Shown in pieces: positions 22,921 to 36,825 of a stretch of 60,612 bases of DNA. The position numbers were made by a program, and so were the translations under genes. Numbering within the stretch: the stretch's first letter is position 1; each line of letters begins with the position of its first letter. Location of the stretch: positions 1-60,612 of the forward strand of contig MU619269.1 in NCBI GenBank assembly GCA_025201805.1, read 5' to 3'. Below the pieces are notes generated by a model. The model was not told the origin of the DNA and made no database searches. It worked only from the letters and a program-made list of their open reading frames with translations. Source of the DNA: Parasitella parasitica NRRL 2501. Its lineage: Eukaryota; Fungi; Mucoromycota.

Positions 22921-23629
22921 CTGCATTAGTCCAAGAAGGCGGCGTACATGGCATATTTCTTTGTTGATTACAATAAACTTTTTCTTGCATTTTTCTCTAT
23001 AAAAATTTGGTATTGCAAAGTTTCTTTATGTGATGTACGTGCATATATCTTTACTAGCTGTCATGCAGCGAAATTACGAGGCAAAAACGAATCAGTTAGA
23101 GTTGGCGTTTCAAAGCAAACGAAAGTGTGTTTTTTCAAACAACAAACAAAGCAAGTGGTGCTTTTTTTCTGTTTTGTATATAGGCATGTGCATAGGGTGA
23201 GGATAGGAATCAATGATAAGAATACTTTTCATGCAATTGCCCTTCATTCACAAAGTTGATCGGTCCTTTTGTTTGACCGTGAAAACTCAAAGTTGGACGT
23301 AAAAAGAAGGTCGTGTGGTGTGTGGACCGTAAATTTGTCATGACACGATGGCACTTGGTATCAGATCATGTACCAACTCGGCACTCCAAGCGGCCAAACC
23401 CCACTGGAGTACGGAGAGTCAAACAGCCTTGATTAATGTGCTACCATTTCGTCTGATCAAGCGGATGTTGCAATACCATTTGAACAGCATTTTACATATG
23501 ATTCAAGCGAGAAAATGACTCACGTGCTGTTTCACAAATTGTCATGTATAGAAACATGATGATGAATTGGAAATATTTTGCTTGATTTAGCTACTGTTTG
23601 CAAAAAGAGCAGAGCGTTGCAAGCCAAAA

Positions 23630-23690
23630 AGAGGGGGAGGGGGAGGGGAGGGGAGAGGGGGGAGGGGGGGGGGAGGGAAATGGAAGGGGA
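23630..23690 (+). repeat. G-rich purine tract
   Basis: gagggggagggggaggggagggagaggggg... contains many G3+ runs. Confidence 0.8.
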
Positions 23691-24353
23691 TAGTGAGTTT
23701 CAAACAGATATTCATTGTCAATGGCATCCAACAACAGTGGCATTGTATGCGTCATTCTACATCCCTTATTAATAGCCTCACTATAATAGGTCTCGCCCTA
23801 TTCTTGTACAGTGCATCGAGTCTTGTAACCGTATTATACAACACCTCTTTTTTCGTCGGATAACGGATTAAATTTATACGTTTATACGTATGCACCTTGT
23901 ACAACAGTAAAATTTTTCTTGGGATTCTGTTGGTTACATCTTGCTATACTATATAGCCGGGTGGACTCGGTTAATAATTTCTGTTTTTCCCTTGGACCTT
24001 GATTTATGGGATTTTGGTTGATAATAGGAACTGCACATTTTATCACAATGGCATAACTAGGGACTTGTCGTTTGTGATGGCACAGACTACTGATATAAAT
24101 TACTGCTAATCAAAGCTAATAAAAAATTCAAGGGTCCTGTATAAATCAAGCAAGAAGAAGAAAAAGACATGTACGGTTAAACTGAAGGGGGCAGCTGTTG
24201 CACATCTGTATTCTACTGTCACACAAAAGGAAAAGGGACAAGAAAAAAAGGGTATAAATACCTTGAAGTTCTTACTTCAGTTACTTTTCTACTCTTTTTT
24301 CTTCGCACCTGATCGTTTTATACCCTGCCTCTTTTTTTTTGTTTCCACCCAAG

Positions 24354-25648
24354 ATGATGCTGCTAGTAAAAAATCGACTCTTGAGTAAACTGCCAACATC
24401 AATTGCGTTAAAGCAATGGTCCTTTTTCGATCTCCAATATGTGCTTATTGCAACAATAATGCTCATCGACTTTATCTTGATCCAATCGCCGACACTCATT
24501 CCTCGATTACTGCTGGCACTGTTACTGATTACTTCGTTTTGGATCCCTTACATTAGACGATTCACAGTGCCCGCTCTACCCATCTTTACTTGGCTACTCA
24601 CATTTTATGCCTGCCAATTCATCCCTCTTGATTACCGACCCACCCACATCTTTGTCAACCTCCTACCTACCCTTGAAAGAATCCTCTACGGTGCTAACCT
24701 ATCTGAAATCATCTCGAAGCACACTCATCCTGTGCTCGATATTTTAGCCTGGATCCCGTACGGCGTGGTCCACTTTTCATTTCCCTTTATCTTTTCGTTT
24801 TTGCTATTTGTCTTTGGCCCTCCCGGCTCATTGAAGGTGTTTGGAAAGGCATTTGGCTACATGAATTTAGCCGGCGTCTTGACTCAATTGTTTTTCCCAA
24901 ATGCATCGCCATGTAAGCTAAAAAAGAAAACAAGGGGAGGAGCAGCAACTAATAAAATAGTATAGGGTATGAGATCATCTACGGCTCTGCGCCTGCAGAT
25001 TATTCCATTCCTGGTGACGCCGGCGGGTTGCTGCGTATTGATGATATCTTGGGGTTAGATTTGTATGGCTCTACATTTGGCACTTCGCCTTTGGTCTTTG
25101 GTGCTTTCCCCTCTCTTCATTCTGGTTGTGCTACTCTGGAGATGCTGTTTGTGGCCTACTTGTTCCCTCGTTTGAAGCCAGTCGCCGCCCTCTACGTCAT
25201 GTGGATGTGGTTTGCTACAATGTACCTCACTCATCATTACATGATTGATCTTGTCGGGGGCTCCATCTATGCCATCCTCACGTTTGCCGTGGCGCAAAAC
25301 TTTCTGCCCAAGTTGAATCCAGACTATCGCACGCGTATGGCTTACATGAATGTAACTAAATTAAGCTTCCGAGCATTCGTTCATAGTATCGAACATGACA
25401 GTGATTATGATTCAATCCGTCAGTCTGCCAATGACGACGAGGAGTCTGCCATGAAGCTAGTAGCAAAACAGCATAGACCTGAACCATTGAGGTTGAACAG
25501 CATGAATGAAAAGTATACGGCAACAATGGAGTCATCTCCGGCCTTAACACCCACCTCTGGATATTGGTCATCCACCTCTGAACCTTCCTCGCCTATTACA
25601 CCTCATTCTTCCCTGGGTAGTCCTCGTCTGCATTTCAGCAAAGCTTAG
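24354..25648 (+). CDS. AUR1: Inositol phosphorylceramide synthase
   Basis: LPTLERILYGANLS, AWIPYGVVHF, FGAFPSLHSG and MYLTHHYMIDL catalytic motifs; one intron ~24913-24965. Confidence 0.95.
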
Positions 25649-25841
25649 ATGTTTTTGTGCATCACATGAGCTATATATACATATACTACTTCTTGCCACT
25701 TTTAGCTTTCGTTCCTTTGTAAATTTACTTGGATTTCCTGCATTTCTATTTCATCTCTGTATACACACTCTCTTACTACTACACTACTATTACTTAATAA
25801 TACTACTACCTAATACTAATCGTCTTGTAATACCATGTTGT

Positions 25842-27107
25842 CTATATCAACTTGTTCACCAAAAATCTAATAAATAAACTCGTAAAACCTAATCTTAAAA
25901 GAACGGCTCCTAGGACAGCAATCCTTATAGATGAAAAATAAACCTTGTCCCACTTTGCTTTGGTTCTAAAACAGATTGATTTCAGGTTCTTGCTCTTTTT
26001 ACCGTCAATTCTATTCTTTATGCCTACCTTATCGAGCACGAATCAGGGTCAGATTCAATCTTGCCATATCGAAGCAAATACCTTAATTGCGTGATTAGAG
26101 TGGCCAATATATCAATATCTTTTCGTGAGTATACGGGCTTGCTCCTGGCCAATTTTAAGAGTGCCAAGTGATTCTTTGGGGCAAATTCAATAATATCACT
26201 TGTCATACCCAGTGTTAGGCCCCATAATTTAAATGTTGTTTGGGTGGCCGCAGCAGCAGGTAAGTGGATAGCAGGAAATGTAACTGATCCCAGTAAAAAG
26301 CGGATGAACCGATTCATAAATCTGCTTTTAAATCGCACCAATGTCAAGTATTCAGTGATGGCATGATTCTCGTGCGGTTGATCTGATGTAAAAAATGTCA
26401 GAGGGACCCCTATGTTGCAGCAGAATATCATCAGTCAATAAAAAAATAAAGGCGGTTACACTGTGGTGTTTATCAAAATACGAACATTCAACTGCTGCAA
26501 CTTCAGATGTTTGGAGATGAAATGGTGGGGATTCAGGTACCACCTGTAAATAGACTGTACATGTTTCAGCGTTATTGTCCCATAAAACCACGCTCCAACA
26601 TACCGAACGGTGCCAGAACCATCAGCAGTTTGTTATCCTTGATAGATGTTATCTCTCGTTCATCCAGCCTTCCAACCTCTATGTAGCCCTCATTCAAATC
26701 AATACCAATTTCCTCTAAAACCTCTCTTTTCACTGTGTCCTCGTCTGTTTCTCCAGGTTCGTTTTTACCTCCTACAAAAGAGACATGTCCAGACCATCTT
26801 TTGATTTTTGTTGAAGCATGATTTAGTATCGAAACGGGCAAATTCACTCACTTAAATATGTATACCTATCTCCAGCTCGAGAGGCTCTTTGCATAAACAA
26901 GATTTCCGCTTTTCCATGCTTGACCCACTCCTGCTCAAAGAACTCATCGAGGTTTGTTGCTTTATAATAGCTAATGCTGGAAGGGTTGGCGGTATGACAT
27001 CTTAAGATGGCTGCCACTGCTGCCCTGCGCTTTTGATATGGAGGCGATGCTATATGGTGATGCTCGTATGCATTGAGATTATAGCACAAGCTCTTGAAGT
27101 CTACCAT
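25842..27107 (-). CDS. Nudix hydrolase (PCD1/NUDT7-8-like fungal family) with a C-terminal hydrophobic tail
   Basis: RAAVAAIL, QRASRAGDRWSGHVSFVGG, Nudix box GGKNEPGETDEDTVKREVLEEIG, LWGLTLGM. Confidence 0.88.
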
Positions 27108-27870
27108 GAGATTACATCAATTTCATCGGTATTCCTTCTTTTTTTTTTAGCCGTTATTAAATACTTGCCTTGATATGCGCTGCTATTGTCCATTTCTTTG
27201 AACGTTAGAGAGGAAAAGAAAAAAGCTACGACGACTATTTTTGACCACATACTGTATTTCAAGTCCGTTGTCATAATCATGTTGACTAATGAACAATACC
27301 ATATCTTGGTGTAAAATATGATGCAACCAACTTCTAACTGGATTGAATTGAACTTACGTCAAATTACATTTGGAAGTGTCAAGTGCATCCGTAATTGAGC
27401 TTTAGTTAATGCAATAGTACCTGATAGTGATCAATAGTGTAGTTTAAGATCCTCATGCGGCATAGTTGCCCAAAGCACTGTGCATGTCTGCGAATTTCAA
27501 CGTGTTCCAATACATATGTGCCTCATAGTATAGATCTTGCGAGTTTCATCTGCTAATCATTGCTTGATTGAAAGTTAGATGCAAATGATTCACAATATAT
27601 GTCTCCCAAGGTATTCAAATGCCAAATTGTCTTCTCTGAGGCTAATTTATTTATATTATATCCAGTTCACATGCATAGTAGGTAGTTGATACATTGCAGA
27701 ATACATGTATTCAAGCAAGTGCCAATACATCTCGCATACCTAGACAAGACTGTAGGCATGCCATTTGTGATCTCTCGTGACTGGCCAGGATCCTGCTTTC
27801 TGCACGCCCAATACCCAGGATATCTAAAATATACAGTGATTGTTGCTTGTTTTTGAAAACTATACTTGTA

Positions 27871-28598
27871 ATGCTTGGCCAACTTGCTCGCAGCTCTATC
27901 CGACAAACTACTAGACGCATTGCAGTAGTACAACTGCCTCGCAGCTCTTTTGTGAGACCATCTCTTGTATCTTTCCGTCACATGTTGCAGCCTACTGTAG
28001 GCGATCGCAATTTTAGCTCTACCTTGTCTCGTTTCAACGAGGCTCCTTCTTATTCCATAACGTAAATATATGTGTATTGGTTAAATACAACAGAGGCATG
28101 GTCTAATGCAGTTTATTAGTGATTTGACGACTGAGAGATACCATCGCTTATCCGATGAAGTATTAGATCATATGGTTTCTAAATTAGAGGAGCTTGCTGA
28201 TGAGATTGATATGCAAGGATTTGACGTCGAGTACAATGTAGGTCTGACTGTTAGGTTATAAGTATGTCAGTACTGACAAGTATTTGTCTCTAGCAAGGTG
28301 TTATGACTATTTCTGTGGGAAAACATGGCACATATGTCATTAATAAGCAACCACCTAATCACCAAATCTGGCTCTCATCGCCTGTTAGGTAACAAAAAAA
28401 AACAAGTAGCTATATATAAATGTCAACTAAGCCGTAGGCATTAGTGGCCCACAACGATACGATTTTGATGAAACGCACCATAAATGGTTCTACCATAGAG
28501 ACAACCACACATTGGATCAAGTTTTGAATGCTGAACTTTCAAAGGCAATTGGACAGGACGTTGATTTATTAGAAGGATTTGAACCAGAGGAGAAATGA
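27871..28598 (+). CDS. YFH1: Frataxin (mitochondrial iron chaperone)
   Basis: Arg-rich presequence, then [41 protein letters not shown]. Confidence 0.95.
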
Positions 28599-28603
28599 GA
28601 CTT

Positions 28604-29423
28604 TCATGCGGTAGAAGGCGTTGAGGATTCCCCTACATCATCCATATTAACCACTTTTTTATACTTTTTCTTCCCAAAATCAAAGGGCACATATTTATAT
28701 CGAATCATATGCTGAATTTGTCTTCTCATTGTCAATGCAAATAATAAACAAAAGTACATCAATAATATCGGCCAATAGACTGGGATATCAAAAGCTGGAA
28801 TAAAGCTGCAGATGAGTGAAATGACAGTTGCTTTGGTAGACGAATACCAAAATTTGAACTCGGGTAGCCGTCGAATAAAGGGTCGAAATTCTTCATCGTT
28901 TCGTGTAGGCAGTGTCGGCCCTTCCTCGTCTTCTTCTTCCTCTTCAATGGAAGGATCAAATTTGGGTGTTAAGAACGCTAGAAACATATTGAGCAAATAG
29001 ATACCTGGGGTGTTGTGAATCAATTAAGATTAGAATAGTTCAAAGGATATATGTATGTATACTAGATTTATTCTAGCGAAGCATGTATGTATGGAAGTAC
29101 CTAAAGCATAGCTACATGTAAATTAGAAATAAAAGTATATCAAAGATATAGCAACTACAAAAAACATACCAAATGATATACCACCCTTGCGCGATAATAA
29201 TACGCAACAAAAATAAACTAAACAGGACACCAAAAGATATCCATCTGTAGGCTGTGTAAGGAGTTGCTCTATCCACGAACGCTTGCCATCTCTTGAATAA
29301 TAGATCCACACGTTCAGTTACACAGATTACAAAAAGCTCCCTACTTGTTTTGTTACTTACAGCTACAAAGTTTGATTTAGGCTCCATAAAGCCGTTTTCA
29401 GTTTGTTCCTCGATAGTATCCAT
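28604..29423 (-). CDS. RER1: ER retrieval receptor Rer1
   Basis: [56 protein letters not shown]. Confidence 0.96.
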
Positions 29424-30354
29424 AGTACGCTAAAAAATATATGTAAAAGAGAATAAAGGAACTGGTTTGACAATATGTACAACACGTCCTCTCTCTTACT
29501 TGTCTCCTGTTGTTGAAAAATGAGCCCCTAATTACCGTATATAGCTTGTTTTGAGGTATGCAAATCATTTAGGTTGAGCACTAAACAGTCATAAGTCATT
29601 GTAACTAGGAGACCCTTTTATGCTTACATTACTATCAAGTTCATTGTGCTCGATATGATAATTAATATCCTTTTCAAATGGCATCTCACGCCTCAGTATC
29701 TCCTTGAAGCTGTTGTTGTTGTTTTTGCGAATGATTCAAATATCAACTTTTGGTTCCTTACAATACCTCAGGTATTCATTGCATTCTAATAGCACCCAAT
29801 TTGCGTATTAGACTATCCCAAATTACGCTTTTTGCAATCTGAACTTGGATTAGCAATAAACATAAAAGGCTAAAAAGAAATCGATATGGCTCATCGACGA
29901 GGCTCCATTATTAGACATTCATCGAACATGGTGAACTAGTGTTTCAGAGTGTAGATGTCGTAAATCTCATTGATTGATAAATTTCGTGTTCAAATATCGA
30001 CTCGTGTGCACTTCATTGCCATCTTCTTCATCCTAACCCATAGCCTCACAGCTATCTCTTCATTGTCGCCACCAAACCCATTCTTATGAAGAATTCAAGG
30101 GTCATTACTGCTGTTTATGTTATGAAATTAGTGGAAAGAGCCTTTGAATACCTATTTTGAGATTACCAAAAGTACAATATGGGTTAGTCAGATGCGCAAA
30201 TTGGCAGGCTCAAAAGAGCAGATTTTTAGAACGGTCCCTGTTTATTATCAGGCAGGGAGGCATTTTAACAACATATAATGCCTTCATCGTGGACTAGATT
30301 TATTATCATCGTTAAATTTGAACAATCATTTTAGGCAGTAAAATCTAAAATCGC

Positions 30355-32111
30355 CTAGTTGAAAATAGGACAACGCCATAAATCGTCCAAATCTTCTTGA
30401 TCTAAAGGCTCCTGTTTTGCAGCAAAAAGAGCATCTCTTACGTAAGTAGGGTCGCGCATGCCAGTAAACACGGTTCCAACTTCTTTATGAGATAGCAATA
30501 CTCTTAAGGCTTTGATACTAAGGGGAGAGTGAGCATCCGATAATGAATTATTGAGCGAAGGACACAAGGCACTCAGAACACGGTCGAGGTCATTATTTTT
30601 ACGAAGCGTGTCAATGTAAGCATAATCCACAATATCTTTTGTCAGAATATCCACAGCCTATGTAAGTGGGGATGTATACTGTTAGTTGGTTAGGAGACAG
30701 GCAGCGAGCAGTACTTGCCTCTTTGTAATTGTGAATCCAATCTTGATAGGCTGCTAATTCTTGCTCTGATTCCAATTGTTTAGCATAATTGTGGAGTTGG
30801 ATCAAATCCCTTTCAAGTTCAGGTAAAACCTGTTGTGTCAAATAATGGCGCGTTGCAAAGTGGTTCTGAGCAAGCCGTGCAAGGTTCTCGGATAAGGCTT
30901 GTCCCCAAACAAACTTGGACGTCAATGACTCTTCTTCGACTGGCACTATCAAGTGGCGATTAAGGGGGTGTTTACAAATATGCACTAAATACATGAAACA
31001 GCGACCTACGTTCTGACATGACGTCTGATTCCAATTTAGCAACATGTTCGAATGATGATTCCATCTTCGCCATGATTTCATGCTCGGCTAAACAAGTTTC
31101 ATGTTGGTAAATTTAGATTTATTGTTCTTAATACGTGGCATCCCATCGACAATACCTGGCCCTTTTCCATTGGCTCCCAACTCATGGTTCACTAGCACTC
31201 GAATTTGTCCGTTGGCGATGGCATTGATAGGTCGATTAGTCATTAGATAGATATTGTTTTCTTTTGCAATTTCGGCCACAGTTTTTGTATGGTTGTTCTC
31301 AGACGCGACAATCGCTTCTTTTTCGTACAAGTTGAATGGCACTTGGACAGCAGCAAAGTTGGAGGGGTTTGGGCATGCTTTTAGGATTTCAGGAAAAGAT
31401 ACATGATCTACAGCTGACGGAAACGCCATTGTATTTGAGCATACACCATAGCTACCAATATTACCTAATATTCCTGGCGATTTTAGCCCAAATGTGTTAC
31501 ATAGTAAACCATTGCGCAATCATTACCGTTAGCTACTAGGCCATCAAGATAGCGAAAACTTTCAGATAGATCCTTGTACAACTGGGCAGATGTGTATCTC
31601 CTGTTCTTGGACATTAGCATTCTTTCAGGCGAGTTGATCATAAAGATATCCAATTTATCCGTCTTTAATCTCTGCATTGACGATTGGATTTGCTGCTCTA
31701 TGACTGTAGGACTGACAGAATGATACATTTTTTCGCTCAGTTGGATGTAATCACGCTTGGGATCAAAGGGTGCAATGTCAGATGCACCCAAATAGCCAGA
31801 TTTAGTGACAAGAGTGATAGCATCTCTTGATATTTTCCCCTCTTTTTCCATGGAACGCAAAGTGTTACCAATTAAAATTTCAGAGGCACCTTTTGTATAT
31901 TATTTTCACATTACTCTTTTTATTTTTGATTTGGATGGATTGCTTTTATTATATATATACCATTTTCAAAATTATTTCCAGTATCGATAATGTTCACACC
32001 GCCTTCCAAAGCAGCAATCAAAGCTGTTGCATGGCTTGGCTTGGATGCACGGTAACTTCCAAATCCGAGTTTCGAGACTCTTCTTCCTGTTTTTGTTATT
32101 AGTGAGTTCAT
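30355..32111 (-). CDS. Aldo/keto reductase-fold protein (5' end uncertain)
   Basis: VSKLGFGSYR, IIDTGNN, SEILIG, LVTKSG, SMQRLKTDKLD, QVPFNLYE, GMRDPTYV; several introns. Confidence 0.82.
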
Positions 32112-32902
32112 TCCATAAGAACTATAAAAGAAATTGGCATTGCAAACCTGGGTAAGGCCAAAACCCTATTCAAGGGGAGTGAAAAATGACTGTCTATAAT
32201 GGCAGTGTAAGATGTATAATTGTGGTGTGGATAAATGGAATCTGCGTAGTTTCACATAATGATAGTGTATATTTCATTTGTTCGGAAAAACTTATTCAAA
32301 TCCATTATCTAGTAGCAATCAATCAGATTGTATAACTTGCACACAATGTGCACACTATATTCTTATAGCTGAGAGATCTTTAGCGATAATAACCTCTTCT
32401 TTTTTTTTTGTTTTTGTTGTAAACATGCCTTTAGTTTTTTTTTAGTCGCCACACTACTCTCTGTTATACCGCAAGAGACTTATCATGGTTTATAGAATGA
32501 TTTTCGCCATGCAATAAATTTTTTTTTGAATGATTTTATATATAAGAGTTTCATTTCGGAGCTCTGATCTTGACAGATAATATCACAGGATTGGCTCAGT
32601 ATAATCTTGGGATGATCCAAAAAATGATCGTTATCGCTGGTTTTATTTACACGCGACCATTTAATCAGTTATTGATGATTTGTTTATATATACATTTATT
32701 TATGCTCATACCACATTCACACGCTTTGCATTTGGCGCAGAGTAGATGTTGATTTTAGCATACCTTTGTACATGTGTAATAGGCCAGCAAGAGCGATTGA
32801 CGAGTCATCTTTTGCGAAACCAACACTCGCGGAGTATTGTTATAGATTGATGCAAAGATGCTTTTTTCCCATTCAAGGCATGGGTCTTACCTTTCTAACT
32901 AA

Positions 32903-34491
<1,589 letters not shown>

Positions 34492-34870
34492 ATAATTTAA
34501 ACAAAGTTTAAGTCCCAAAAAAAAAATCAATTCCATCGCATTCAACTATACTAGAAAATAGCATATTTTTCAAACCGAATTTTAATAAAATTACAATATC
34601 GTGTTGTCTAAAGTCAATATAAATCGTAGGTTTACAAGTTTACATAAATTGCGCTGCCGTAGTCTGTCGTAATACTAGGCAAGAACATCATCAGCTCTGA
34701 TGAAAAGTCATCTGCTTTGAGTCAAAATATTTTAAGTCTTCTAATTAACAAAATGTAGAAACCCCGGATTCAAAAATGTGCAGCTATTACACGAGTTTCT
34801 CTATTTTACTTTTTGGCTCTTTGATTTGTATTATGTGCATGTTTGTAGGGTAGTTTCATAGAATATTGAT

Positions 34871-35955
34871 TTATTTACGAGCTTTTTGTCTAGAAAACAA
34901 AACCAAATATTAGTCTAACAATAAAGAAATTCGATGCTATCCCTACCTTGCTTCTTTATCTTCTTCCAACACCTTTTTGATCATTTCGTCGATCTCAATG
35001 ACTTTGATGATAGCAATCTGTGAGCATCTCAGTACTTGATCCATTTCTAAAGGTATACCGCCTGCTTTTGATAACGCACAAATTTCCTTGTGTATATTCA
35101 TTGTAATTGTCATATCGCCTTCTTTTGCTTGTTCCTCAAGGTAATTGGGATCCACCACCAACAACTCCCTGTTCAAATGACATTAATACAAATGCTACTT
35201 ACTGATGTTTAGAATTGTGAAATGCATACCCTTTGTCATAAAACGAAAATGTGATACAGATTGGTATATGGTGAATACTTAAGGGGACTGGGTTCCTTTG
35301 ATCAACAGGATGCTACACGAATATACGTATCTTAGAATAAATCAACTGCAATGATCGGTAAGACTTACAATGGTAACTTCCTCACCAGACACTGTGACAT
35401 CTGGACGTCTAAAATGTAATAGGGCTGTGATAGCTGCTATAGAAGCACAATCAACGAGATTGCCATCATGGTCAAGGAATAAAAGATCCACACGAATCTG
35501 CCATACTTTCTCGCCTGCTACAATACAAAGCCCTTCTGTATCGATGGCTCTGCTTCTTCGCAGCGCTTTTTCCACAATTCTGCTAATCAGGACCTCTTCT
35601 TCTGAGCGACTAACGGGAATACAACGAATAATTAGTATTATGACAGGCGTTGGATTTTGTTAATACATTACGACCCAGATTCAAAAAATGGTGCAGCCAT
35701 GGGAGATATTTCGGTGTTGATCAATAGCTGCCCTTCGGTGGGTTTATCTGGAACTGGTCTCACAACTTCTGCAGAAACGTTTGCTGCAACCCGAGTTCTA
35801 CCAAGCTGGACTTCGACATAGCCATAATCAGAGCTTAACTTGATGTCGATGGAGCGCATGTCATACACCTCACGGCCATCCACACGTCTACCTTGCTTGA
35901 GAGCCTCCAAAAGGAAATTGATTTCGTTTACGCTTGGAACCACCTCTTTTACCAT
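34871..35955 (-). CDS. RRP45: Exosome complex RNase PH-like subunit Rrp45/EXOSC9
   Basis: RVDGR, PTEG.L.INTEISPMA, AIDTEGLCIVAGEKVWQIRVD..DHDGNLVD, HFRRPDV, EICALSKAGG. Confidence 0.95.
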
Positions 35956-36143
35956 TGTAATTGGTTGTTTAGTACCAGTAAAAAAAAAAAAAAAAAAAAG
36001 AATTGGAGAAAGGCTTTTGCTTTTGGAAGAAGAGCAAGTGGAGTCACTGTTTAGAGTCACATCGATTGTCTGGATAGGTTCTCATGTACTGTTCTACGCC
36101 ATATGCCCTTCTTTGATTCTACATCTGCTTAGACATTAACACC

Positions 36144-36770
36144 ATGGCCAACACAAACCACTCTTCTGAGCTCCTGGATGTGAGCGGCAAAAATAAAACA
36201 CACAGTAAGCTTTGATCAGCATGTGTCTTCTCGCATTTAACATACTACATTAATAGAATATTTGGTTAATGCCAACAATAAAGATGCCAATGAAAGCAAA
36301 GCTGACATATCTTCTATATCGTCTATATCGTCTATATTTCCTAGTTCAGACAAGAAAACGTTTCCAGTTGAGACGAGCGATAGTATGCCACTCTTTCTTA
36401 CAAAGCCTTGGCTAAAAACACTTGTATTAACCCTCACTTAAGTTTTATCCAGAGTACAAGCTTTTTTGCCTCAATTGAAAACTGCAAACGAATGTCTTGA
36501 AAACAAAGATCTTTCTGAACTAGACATCGAAAATGTCAATGATGAAGATGGCCAATATATTGAAATGGTAATGAGAACCAGCTGTCTTGTATGATATCCA
36601 CTAACTCTGTAAATCAGAATCTTGGGTTGGGTGTTTATGGAGAAAAAAAATCTGAACAATCTGACAGTGACGACCAAGACGAGAACAGCGATAATGAAAA
36701 GTTGATTATACCTAATGGAACATCTGCTGGTAAACCAGAAAAGCCTTTAATTGAAGTTATTGAAAAATAA
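36144..36770 (+). CDS. NOPCHAP1/C12orf45-like (DUF4598) protein, 4 exons; absent from the ORF track
   Basis: Spliced product contains LSRVQAFLPQLKTANE, DIENV and YIEMNLGLGV, with an acidic tail ending LIEVIEK*. Confidence 0.8.
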
Positions 36771-36825
36771 ATTCAAGCTTGGAAAGCTCTGTCGTGCTTT
36801 ATTTCGTTGTCTACTTTGTAGTCGT

